DNA of 64,000 nt from Vulcanimicrobiota bacterium (lineage in GTDB: Bacteria; Vulcanimicrobiota; Xenobia; Xenobiales; JADMJV01). The stretch covers positions 699,955 through 763,954 of the forward strand of contig JBFWNU010000004.1 in NCBI GenBank assembly GCA_050250895.1. Direction: 5' to 3'. This document shows, piece after piece, positions 49,155 to 57,360 of the stretch. The stretch's first letter is position 1. Every line of letters begins with the position of its first letter. Made by a program: the position numbers and the translations under genes. A model generated the notes under the pieces. That model had not been told where the DNA came from. It saw only the letters and a list, made by a program, of their open reading frames with translations, and did no database searches.

Positions 49155-49625
49155 CCAGGTTCGGAGCTGATAGAAGTAGGGATTCGGTGTGCTGGCCGTG
49201 CCCCGGACGAACTCGGCCAGGTCGATCTCGGCGTCGATTCTGGCTTCGGCCAACGGCTCGTTCTCATCGGGACCGAGCCGGCCCAGACAGACTACCGCCA
49301 ACATCTGATAAGGCACCAGGCGTCGACCATCGATGCTGACCGTATAATACCCGACGAGTTGGCCCGTGTGGTCGTGGACGAACTCGGTGTAACTAAAGAT
49401 CTGCTCCTCCGAGACAATGGGCGGAGGAAAAGTGACATCCAGGGCCAGCTTGGCTTGCAGGTCGGCCAAACCGGCCAGAGCGAGTTGCCGGGCCTGAGCC
49501 TGGGCACGCGCCTCGGCCACGGCCCGGTGACGCGAGACCGATTGGCTCATGCTCGCCAGCCCGAGCAAGAAGAGCATCGAGAGCAAGAGCAATGCGCCCA
49601 CCAACACCGAGGCCCGTCGTTTCAT
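49146..49625 (-). CDS. PilX/GspK-like minor pilin
   Basis: KRRA-SVLVGALLLL N-terminus; AQARQLALAG; last gene of the pilin cluster. Confidence 0.7.
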   Translation of the reverse strand: MKRRASVLVGALLLLSMLFLLGLASMSQSVSRHRAVAEARAQAQARQLALAGLADLQAKLALDVTFPPPIVSEEQIFSYTEFVHDHTGQLVGYYTVSIDGRRLVPYQMLAVVCLGRLGPDENEPLAEARIDAEIDLAEFVRGTASTPNPYFYQLRTWSE

Positions 49626-50131
49626 GGGTCACTCACCACAGGCAGATAAGTAGAGCGGGCCAGGCGCCTGATGCGACCATCCTGGCTCCAGGATAGGATC
49701 ATCTCCAGAGTCGGTCCGCTTTGGGTCACCGTAAGACCACTCAGGCCGTTGATGAGGGGACTGGTGTAGCCGGCCGAGGTCTGGGTCAGACTGCCTGAGG
49801 ACAACTGATAGACGACCGTCACCCGGGGTTGGTCGGGCTGCCAACCGGTCGGTAGGGTCGCGGGCACGGGATTGGTATAGCGGACCGCCCCCGGGTCCAA
49901 CAACTCCAGGGTGAGCAGGCTCGGTCCCGAACTGACGGCTACTGCGCTGCGGGCCTGGCGACAGATAAATTCGAGGGCTTCGCGAGCGGCCACGGCCTGG
50001 CGGGTATCGGCCACCCGCCGCCGGTGATTGGCCGATAAGTCTCTAGCCAGGGTCGAGGCGGCTACAAAAACGACGGCCAGAATCACCATGGTCGTCATCA
50101 GTTCGAGCAGACTAAAGCCCTGCCGTTTCAC
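49622..50131 (-). CDS. Prepilin-type (PilW/GspJ-like) minor pilin
   Basis: G/FSLLEL motif. Confidence 0.85.
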   Translation of the reverse strand: MKRQGFSLLELMTTMVILAVVFVAASTLARDLSANHRRRVADTRQAVAAREALEFICRQARSAVAVSSGPSLLTLELLDPGAVRYTNPVPATLPTGWQPDQPRVTVVYQLSSGSLTQTSAGYTSPLINGLSGLTVTQSGPTLEMILSWSQDGRIRRLARSTYLPVVSDP

Positions 50132-50916
50132 TGCAACTCCACGCTGGGGACAGGCGGATCTCCGTTGTCAATCAGGCGACCAAAGTAGCGGCTGATGACG
50201 CGCAGGCGCACCGTGCCCGAGGCATAGCCCAGCGTGCCGCCGGCCATGGTCAATTCGTTGCGCAACGTTACCTGGTGACCGTTGCGCGGGGCGGTGCTTA
50301 GCAGCAAAGCCGCATTGCCGGTCTCGGGCAACAAGAACCACTCGAAGGTTACGTTGGAAATCGGCTCACCGGAACCATCGAGCAGGACCGCCTCGAAAGT
50401 GGCCTCGGCAGCCCGGGCCAGGGGCAGGCTGCCACTCGATAGGTTCACCTGGAGTTCGGGAGCCAACCCGAGCGGGCGGGGCGCTTCGGGCAGATAAGAA
50501 ACCAGGTTCAGTGGAGGCAAGCCGGGGCTGGTGGCCGTCACCTCGACGGGCATCACGGCCCGGGGCAAGACTCGCTCCCGACCGGGCCAGTTGGCCTCGA
50601 GATGGGAGCACGGACTGGTGAGGGCCAGGCCTGTACCCTCGCAATAGACCGTGGCCTCTATGGTCGAATCCTCGGAACTGGTCTGGGTGCGGCCATTCCA
50701 ATAGGACCAATCCGAGCCGAAGTTGTCGGGGTCCAGGGCCCAGGCGCGGACCTCGTCCATGACCTTTTCGGCAAAGGCCTGCTGCTCGGCCATCCTGACT
50801 TCGTTGACGGCAAAGCGCGAACTGCGGTTGAGCAGAGTGCTGACCACGATGACCCCCATCAGCAATACGAAGATGGCAAAGATGGCCTCGAGCAAGAACG
50901 CTCCCCGCCTATTCAA
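50128..50916 (-). CDS. Prepilin-type (PilV/GspI-like) minor pilin with C-terminal Ig-like extension
   Basis: G/AFLLEA motif. Confidence 0.75.
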   Translation of the reverse strand: MNRRGAFLLEAIFAIFVLLMGVIVVSTLLNRSSRFAVNEVRMAEQQAFAEKVMDEVRAWALDPDNFGSDWSYWNGRTQTSSEDSTIEATVYCEGTGLALTSPCSHLEANWPGRERVLPRAVMPVEVTATSPGLPPLNLVSYLPEAPRPLGLAPELQVNLSSGSLPLARAAEATFEAVLLDGSGEPISNVTFEWFLLPETGNAALLLSTAPRNGHQVTLRNELTMAGGTLGYASGTVRLRVISRYFGRLIDNGDPPVPSVELQ

Positions 50917-52888
50917 TCAACCCACCACCCACCAGCCAGGTGCCGCCCATGTCGAAGGCTCCCGAGTTGCTCACCGAGCGAGGATTGTTGCCGTTGGCAT
51001 CCATCACCATCACCTCGCAACCGCCCCCCGTGAACACGTTATAAGTGATGCGAGTGTTGTCGAACGAGAACGACGGATTGTACCCGCTTACGCTGCTCAA
51101 AAACTCATTGATCAGATTTCCGGTGGCCGGATCGATGTCGTAGGTGGCCAGCGAGCCGCTGGCCCGGGCGACGAAGTGCCGGGCATCGTCAGAGAGGCGT
51201 CCGTTGGAAAGGCTGCCACCCGAAGGGCGGGTGACCAGGCTATTGGTCCCGAACGGCACGGCCGGATCGAGGGGAAACCTCAGCACCCGGTCGATGCCGG
51301 TCAGGGCACAGGATTGGCTGTAGAGCAAATACTGCTTGGTAAGGTCATCGCGGTCGTAAGTGGTCCCCACGTACCCCCAGGAAAGCGGACTGGAGGCGCT
51401 GTCCTGAACCTGTTGGTCGACGGCGATTTGACGGATATTGGTCCCATCGGCGTTGGCGATGTAGATATCCTCGTAGACGACGTTGTCTCCCGGGAGGGGC
51501 ACGAAGTTGCGCACGGCGAAAGCAATTCTCGAGCCGTCTGGATTCCAGCAGGCGTTGATCGTGTCGCTTTTGCCATTCAGGTGAGTGTCGACGATCTGTC
51601 GCAGGTCGCTGCCATCGCGATTCACCGCCCACAGCCCGCCGCCCCAACCGCACATGATGATTGCGTCGCCGTTGGGCGAAGCCCGTGGATAGCCGATATC
51701 GACACTGGTGGGCGTCAGTTGCCGCAGGTCGCTGCCGTCGCTGTTGACGGTCATGATGCATCGCTGGCCGGTGCCGCTGAAGCGCTGGGTGTCAAACAGC
51801 ACCAATCCGTCGCGCAAGGCCCAGACCTTGCCCGCGCTGCTGCCGAGCCGTTCCATAGCCTGATGGCCCTCGGCATCTTCGACCACGCAGGTGAGCACGA
51901 ACTCTTCGGGGGCGACCGGCGAGATATCCTTGGGAGGCGTCCACTCGGTCACCGCCCGCCAGGCCCCGTTCTGATAGTGCATCTTGACCGGGTCCGGATT
52001 GGAGAACTGCCCAAGGTCGGCGGCGCCGCTCAGGCGTTCGGCCTGCCAGCGCACCGTCAGCGGGCCGCCGTCGGGATCCGAGGCCTCGACGGCCACGCGC
52101 AAATAGCGCCCCACCTGAACCGAGGCGATGATGTCGGGCGGCAGCGAGGGAGACCGCTTGGGAAAGACCTCTTGAATCGAGAGCGTAGGGGCCGCCCCGG
52201 CTGGGCCTCCCGATGGCGAGGGCAACATGCAATTGGGTGGGCGACCGCCATCGCTGTCGAGAGTAGCCAACGCGGCCCCGTCGGGGGCTCCGTCGAGCAC
52301 CGAGACTAAACCCTCAGGAGTGACCACCACCGTGGAAAGATGGCGGGCAGCTTGCAGGCAGGGATAGGTCTGACCGGCGACGGGCCGGGTTGCGACCGCA
52401 GCGTTGGTCGAGAACAAAATGCAAGTGTTGCCCAGCCAGTTGGGCAGGTTGCTGACCACTCGACCCGAGGGGTCGAAGGCGATCACCCAGTCGGTGATGC
52501 CCGGCCAACTGGCCAGATCAAAGCTCTGGCCGGCTGCAGGGGGTAGAAACCCGGGACCCGACCCCCAGCAACCGGCGATCATGAAGACGTGCTGGAAATC
52601 GGCCGTCCAGGCCTGGCTGCGCACCACTCTGGGTGTATCGTAGCCCCGCACGCAGTAGTAGCCGGTAGCGTATCCCTCGGCCGTCCTGGGCACGACCAGA
52701 GCCGCCGGCATCTGGCTGCGCCGGGCTTCGCGACGAAGGGCCCGCAACTCTTCGGCCACCATGTCGGCGGCCAGGCTACCCTCGAGCGAGCGAGTGGGAG
52801 TGGGCCGCATCGCAAAGCAGACCAGCAGCACCCCAATCACGGCCATGATGACCAGGATTTCTATCAGGGAGACACCCCGCCGCTTCAT
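50909..52888 (-). CDS. Prepilin-type protein with C-terminal TolB-like (PD40) beta-propeller
   Basis: G/VSLIEI motif; NSDGSDLRQL, SPNG, WNPDGSRIAF and ANADGTNIRQI repeats. Confidence 0.8.
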   Translation of the reverse strand: MKRRGVSLIEILVIMAVIGVLLVCFAMRPTPTRSLEGSLAADMVAEELRALRREARRSQMPAALVVPRTAEGYATGYYCVRGYDTPRVVRSQAWTADFQHVFMIAGCWGSGPGFLPPAAGQSFDLASWPGITDWVIAFDPSGRVVSNLPNWLGNTCILFSTNAAVATRPVAGQTYPCLQAARHLSTVVVTPEGLVSVLDGAPDGAALATLDSDGGRPPNCMLPSPSGGPAGAAPTLSIQEVFPKRSPSLPPDIIASVQVGRYLRVAVEASDPDGGPLTVRWQAERLSGAADLGQFSNPDPVKMHYQNGAWRAVTEWTPPKDISPVAPEEFVLTCVVEDAEGHQAMERLGSSAGKVWALRDGLVLFDTQRFSGTGQRCIMTVNSDGSDLRQLTPTSVDIGYPRASPNGDAIIMCGWGGGLWAVNRDGSDLRQIVDTHLNGKSDTINACWNPDGSRIAFAVRNFVPLPGDNVVYEDIYIANADGTNIRQIAVDQQVQDSASSPLSWGYVGTTYDRDDLTKQYLLYSQSCALTGIDRVLRFPLDPAVPFGTNSLVTRPSGGSLSNGRLSDDARHFVARASGSLATYDIDPATGNLINEFLSSVSGYNPSFSFDNTRITYNVFTGGGCEVMVMDANGNNPRSVSNSGAFDMGGTWLVGGGLIE

Positions 52889-52929
52889 ATCGTTGGTTTC
52901 GGCGCGCTAATCCAGACCCCTGGCGTCGC

Positions 52930-54063
52930 CTAAATCACCCCGCGGGGGGCCCGTGTCGGCTTCGGCGTCGGGTTAGGCACGGGGCCCACGGCCAGGTCGG
53001 TGAGAGCGGGGCCTTTGGCCGGGGGAGCCGCGGCCAGGGCGGGACGACCTCTGGGGGTGGGAGCCGGACTCGACGCCTCGTTCTGAAGGCGTTCGAGAGC
53101 GGCCGGGGGCAAGGTGATCTCCTGGCCGACGAAGATCTTGTTGACATCCTTCACTTCGGGATTGTATTTCTGGAATTCCTCGAGCGAAATGCCGCCGTAG
53201 CGTTGGGCCAATTTGCTGAGGGTGTCGCCTTTACGGACGGTGTATCCTCCCCAACCTTCGGGGGCGCCGCCGGGCTGCGCGGCCGGGGGTGCGGCCGGGC
53301 CACGGTCGAGAGACCCGCCCTCCTGTCTGGCAGTGGCGGCCAACTGGGTCCTGATTCCTTCGATCGAGAGACCCGACTCGCGCAGTTGAGCCACCCTCGA
53401 GGTCACGTTAGCGGTGGCTTGTGAGGTGAACTCGCCCTCGGATCGGATATTACCGGTCCCTGAAGTGGCCGCCCGCTGCTCGGAGCCAAAGTCGGAATTC
53501 TCGACCCGAAAGGCGGCGGTCTCGGCCAGCAAATTGTTGGCGTTGGCACCTCCGTTGCCGGCGGCCACCACTACCGGAATGCCGAATACATCCTGTAGGG
53601 CCTCGATGGTCTGAGCGAGCTGCTCGGTCTGTCCTGTGCGGACGAAGTCCTGCTGCGAAATGTTCACGGCGTCGAACTGTTCACCCTGGGCAGCCCGGCT
53701 GGCGATCTGGTCGAGGGCGTTCTCGATGCCGACGTTGCGGCCGGCCGGATCGTTTAGGTCAAACTGAATCGTCTCGATTCCCTGACCACCGGCCCGGATG
53801 ATGCCGTCAATGTTGGCGCCGTGATTAAAGCCGTTCTCCTCGGGGGTCCAGTCATCAATCACGGCCACCCTCACCTGTCCGTCGGGGGCTCCGCCAAATC
53901 CGGCCCATGCCGAGCCAAGGGACTGGCTGCCCGAGAGGGCGCTGGCCAACCAGTTCAGCCAGTCTTGAGGCAGTTCGCTTTCGGCCGCGGGTGCGACCGC
54001 GCCGGGAGTCGGTTGGGAAGGAAAGAATGGGTCCGCGGTTAAGGGGTTCAGCGTCGTAATCAT
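52930..54063 (-). CDS. Compact subtilase (S8-like) domain + LysM
   Basis: VAVIDD, NHGANI, VVVAAGNG and FTSQATA; LysM YTVRKGDTLSKLA...IFVGQEITLP; ATG 54063. Confidence 0.75.
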   Translation of the reverse strand: MITTLNPLTADPFFPSQPTPGAVAPAAESELPQDWLNWLASALSGSQSLGSAWAGFGGAPDGQVRVAVIDDWTPEENGFNHGANIDGIIRAGGQGIETIQFDLNDPAGRNVGIENALDQIASRAAQGEQFDAVNISQQDFVRTGQTEQLAQTIEALQDVFGIPVVVAAGNGGANANNLLAETAAFRVENSDFGSEQRAATSGTGNIRSEGEFTSQATANVTSRVAQLRESGLSIEGIRTQLAATARQEGGSLDRGPAAPPAAQPGGAPEGWGGYTVRKGDTLSKLAQRYGGISLEEFQKYNPEVKDVNKIFVGQEITLPPAALERLQNEASSPAPTPRGRPALAAAPPAKGPALTDLAVGPVPNPTPKPTRAPRGVI

Positions 54064-54118
54064 AGCCTGAGGATAACCGGCGGGTGTCGGAACAGAGTTC
54101 GGTCCGGCCCTCGCCATG

Positions 54119-54145
54119 TTAACAAAATCTGACGAGTTATTAACA
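54119..54145. promoter_or_regulatory. TTAACA direct repeats (21-bp period) between divergent genes
   Basis: TTAACA at 54119 and 54140; -10 TATCCT (54075-54070, minus strand) 43 nt from the proximal copy. Confidence 0.55.
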
Positions 54146-54154
54146 AACGTATTC

Positions 54155-56299
54155 ATGAAGTGGCGACCCCTGCGCATTCTGCTCATTGAGGATGACGACA
54201 ACCTTCGCGGCAGCCTCGAAGGCGCTCTGCGCGAAGACGACTTCGATGTCACCTCGGCCTCGAGCGGCGAGCTCGCCCTACACCTGGCCAAAGACCGAGA
54301 TTTCGAACTCATCATCACCGACATCAAGGTGCCCGGCATCGACGGTCTCGAGGCTTTGCGCCGCATGAAGCTCGATCGTCCCCAGCTCGAAAGTATCGTC
54401 ATCACCGGCTATTCCAGCGAAGAAGAATCCATCCGGGCAGTTCGGCTAGGCGTGGGAGAATATCTGCGCAAGCCCTTTCCTCTGACGGCCTTGCGTGAGG
54501 CCATCAACCGGGCTCAGGTTCGCATCGAGGCCAACCTGCTGAGCCAGCGTCGCCACCAGATCGCTCGGGACACGGCCGTGTGGGCGCTGACTCGAGGACG
54601 CCAGGCCGACCTCTCCCGCCGCTCGGAACTGGCCCGGCGGGCGGCCCACGCCCTGGGTTACGAGAGCGAGGCAGAAAACCTCGAACTGGCCACGCTGGTA
54701 GCCCTGACCGAAAGTGCCGAGCCCGAAACACCCCCAGCCCTGACCAATTTGCTCGAGGGAGCCTTGCCCCGGCTGCTCGACGTCATCGAGCAGCTCAAGA
54801 ATTATCCTCACTACGAAGGCCAGACCGGGCTGCTGCTCAATCAGCTTGAGAACGACGCCATGGCCCGCCACGAAATTCAGGGCATGGTCACCACCGGCTA
54901 CCTGTGCGAGGTGGCTGGCGAGCTGGGTCTGGCCGAGCAAACCTATACGACTCTATTGACCGGTCAGGCCGGACCGCGCCAACGGCTCGAGGCCCATCTG
55001 GGACTGGCCCGGATCCGAGCCGCCCACGGTGATGCCCAGGGCAGCCAACAACACCTCGAACCGGCCGTGGCCCTGGCCCAGGAACTCTCTCCCGAATTGG
55101 CCGCCCACGCCTTTCTCGAAGGCGGTCTGACCCTGGCCCGATTGGGGGTGACCCGAGCAACCGATTTCTTGCAAAAGGCCCGCGAGCACGCGACTCCCGC
55201 CTCGATGGACTACCTCCGCTCGAGCCTGGCCCTGGCCTTCCTGGGAGCCGAGCACACCCTGAGTGAGGCCCAGCTAGAAACAGCCCTGGCCGGCCTATTG
55301 CAAGGACCCAACCTGGGCATCTTGCTGGCATCGGCCTGGTGGCTGTTGCCGGGCTTGCTCCACCGGCCAGAGTCACCTACAGCCGACAAAGTCCTGGCCC
55401 GATTGGTGCGCGAGGCCCCCAGTCAGGTCAGAGCTCTGCTCGATTCCGAGAAGTTGGCGCCGGCCAAGAAAGAGCGGCTCCATCGGCTGGTCGAGGCCAT
55501 CCGCCCTGGGGACCAGGAATCGAGTATGGCCGACGATGCCGAATCTGGGACTCCGGCCGTGCGCATCTATTCCCTGGGTGGGTTCGAGATTCTCCAGGGC
55601 GAGCGTCGTCTCGACCGTAAGGTCCTGGGTGGTCGCCTGCAGGTCTCCTTGCTCGCTTATGTGGCGGCTAGCTCGCATCCGGTGGCCGAAGACATCCTGC
55701 TAGAAACGTTCTGGCCCGAAGACGCCGCCCGAGCCCGAAAGCGACTGACCCAGGTCATCTCCTACATTCGCACCGGCTTTCGCGAGTTCGGCGTCGGACT
55801 CTGTCCCCTGGAACGTCGTCGCGGGGCGGTCGGGCTCAACCCCGACCTGCCCATCTGGCATGATTACACGGCTTTGCGAACCATTGTCGATACTCCGGTC
55901 GCCCCTGAGCCCAACTGGGACGAACTCGAGAGCCGGGTGGACCAGATCTTCGGCCTTTATCGGGGGCCTTTTATGGCCAGTTGCTACGAAGACTGGGCGC
56001 TCGTCTTGCGCGATCAACTCGACCGCGATGTCATTCGATTCTTGATGCAAGTTGGCTCGCGGGCCGAGGCGGCCGGCCGGGCGGCCACGGCCGCCCGGTG
56101 CGGCGAGAAGGTCCTTGAGTTCGACGGCTGCCACCAGGAAGCGGCCCTGCTGGTGATGGAAGCGAGCTTGGCCATGCGCCGCCCCGAAACGGCTCTGCGC
56201 TGTTTCAAGACCGTGAAGTCACGGCTCGACAAAGAACTCGGAATCGAGCCCAGCATCGACCTGCTACGCTCGGAGCAGAGGGCTCTGCTGCTGGGCTAG
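54155..56299 (+). CDS. Response regulator: receiver + TPR-like region + SARP-type wHTH/BTAD
   Basis: ILLIEDD, ITDIKVP, ITGY and YLRKPF receiver motifs; LGGFEI, LLETFWP, YRGPFM...DW and ELGIEPS SARP/BTAD motifs. Confidence 0.88.
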   Translation: MKWRPLRILLIEDDDNLRGSLEGALREDDFDVTSASSGELALHLAKDRDFELIITDIKVPGIDGLEALRRMKLDRPQLESIVITGYSSEEESIRAVRLGVGEYLRKPFPLTALREAINRAQVRIEANLLSQRRHQIARDTAVWALTRGRQADLSRRSELARRAAHALGYESEAENLELATLVALTESAEPETPPALTNLLEGALPRLLDVIEQLKNYPHYEGQTGLLLNQLENDAMARHEIQGMVTTGYLCEVAGELGLAEQTYTTLLTGQAGPRQRLEAHLGLARIRAAHGDAQGSQQHLEPAVALAQELSPELAAHAFLEGGLTLARLGVTRATDFLQKAREHATPASMDYLRSSLALAFLGAEHTLSEAQLETALAGLLQGPNLGILLASAWWLLPGLLHRPESPTADKVLARLVREAPSQVRALLDSEKLAPAKKERLHRLVEAIRPGDQESSMADDAESGTPAVRIYSLGGFEILQGERRLDRKVLGGRLQVSLLAYVAASSHPVAEDILLETFWPEDAARARKRLTQVISYIRTGFREFGVGLCPLERRRGAVGLNPDLPIWHDYTALRTIVDTPVAPEPNWDELESRVDQIFGLYRGPFMASCYEDWALVLRDQLDRDVIRFLMQVGSRAEAAGRAATAARCGEKVLEFDGCHQEAALLVMEASLAMRRPETALRCFKTVKSRLDKELGIEPSIDLLRSEQRALLLG

Positions 56300-57360
56300 A
56301 AGGTCTCGAGCTGAGAATAGATCGAGCCAAACAGAGCGATCAGCACGAAGCCAACCACCACGGCCACCAGAGCCATCACCAACGGCTCGACGGCAGCCAG
56401 CAACGACTCGAGCAGGTGCTGGCTTTCCAGGCTGAGCATCTCGGAGGCCTTCGAACACATCCGTGTCATGGCCGAAGTCTCCTCTCCCACCCGAATCATC
56501 TGGACGATCAGGTCAGGGTAGATGTCTGGCTGACAGGCCAGCAAGTCCGAGACCGATTCGCCGTCTTCGATCCCCTTGAGCAAACGTTGGGCATCCCATT
56601 CAACCAGCGCGTTGCCGCAAGAGCGACAGGCCAGGCCCAGGCCCGCCAGCAGGTCGACGCCCGACTCGAGCAAGGTGGCCAGGGCCAGGGCGAACCGGGT
56701 CATGGAAGTGGCCGTGAAAAGCCTGCCAAAGACGGGTATGGACACCACCAGTCGCACCAGATTGCGACTGCCCGACGGGCTTCGCCAATATTCCCTCAGC
56801 ACCGACACGGTCAGCCCTCCGGCTCCGACGGCCACAATCCAGACACCCGGATTGTGAAAAAAATTGGTAATCACGATCAGCAACCGGGTTACGGCCGGAA
56901 CGTGGTCACCGGGCGCCAGCCCGCTCAGCATTTGAGGCACAAAAAAATGAAAAAGCACAGAAGTCAAGGTGATGGTAACGCCCAGCACGAGCGCCGGATA
57001 GGTCAGAGCCCGGCGCATCCGCCCGCGCACCTCGAACTCGACCTCGGCCCAGTCGGCCAGACTTTCAAGCGCCGCAGCCAACTGACCCGAGCGTTCACCG
57101 ATGCTGACCATACTGAGATAGAGCGACGAAAAGACGCGGGGAAAACGGCTTAGAGCGCTGGCCAGCGAGTGTCCCTGGCCGATCAGGCTGTTGACTTCGC
57201 GCAACACAAAATCGAGATTGGGGTCCTCAGGCTGATCGCTGAGGACATCAAGACACAGCTGAATATTGACACCGTTGCGAAACAAAGTGGCCAGATTGCG
57301 GGTGGCCAGCACCAGGCTGATGGGCCTGCAGCGGACCTGGTGGTGATTTCGTTCCGTCAT
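56296..57360 (-). CDS. Type II secretion/type IV pilus platform protein (GspF/PilC family)
   Basis: GHSLASAL..FP..F, GERSGQL, ALTYP, GEETS and AVEP motifs. Confidence 0.92.
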   Translation of the reverse strand: MTERNHHQVRCRPISLVLATRNLATLFRNGVNIQLCLDVLSDQPEDPNLDFVLREVNSLIGQGHSLASALSRFPRVFSSLYLSMVSIGERSGQLAAALESLADWAEVEFEVRGRMRRALTYPALVLGVTITLTSVLFHFFVPQMLSGLAPGDHVPAVTRLLIVITNFFHNPGVWIVAVGAGGLTVSVLREYWRSPSGSRNLVRLVVSIPVFGRLFTATSMTRFALALATLLESGVDLLAGLGLACRSCGNALVEWDAQRLLKGIEDGESVSDLLACQPDIYPDLIVQMIRVGEETSAMTRMCSKASEMLSLESQHLLESLLAAVEPLVMALVAVVVGFVLIALFGSIYSQLETF

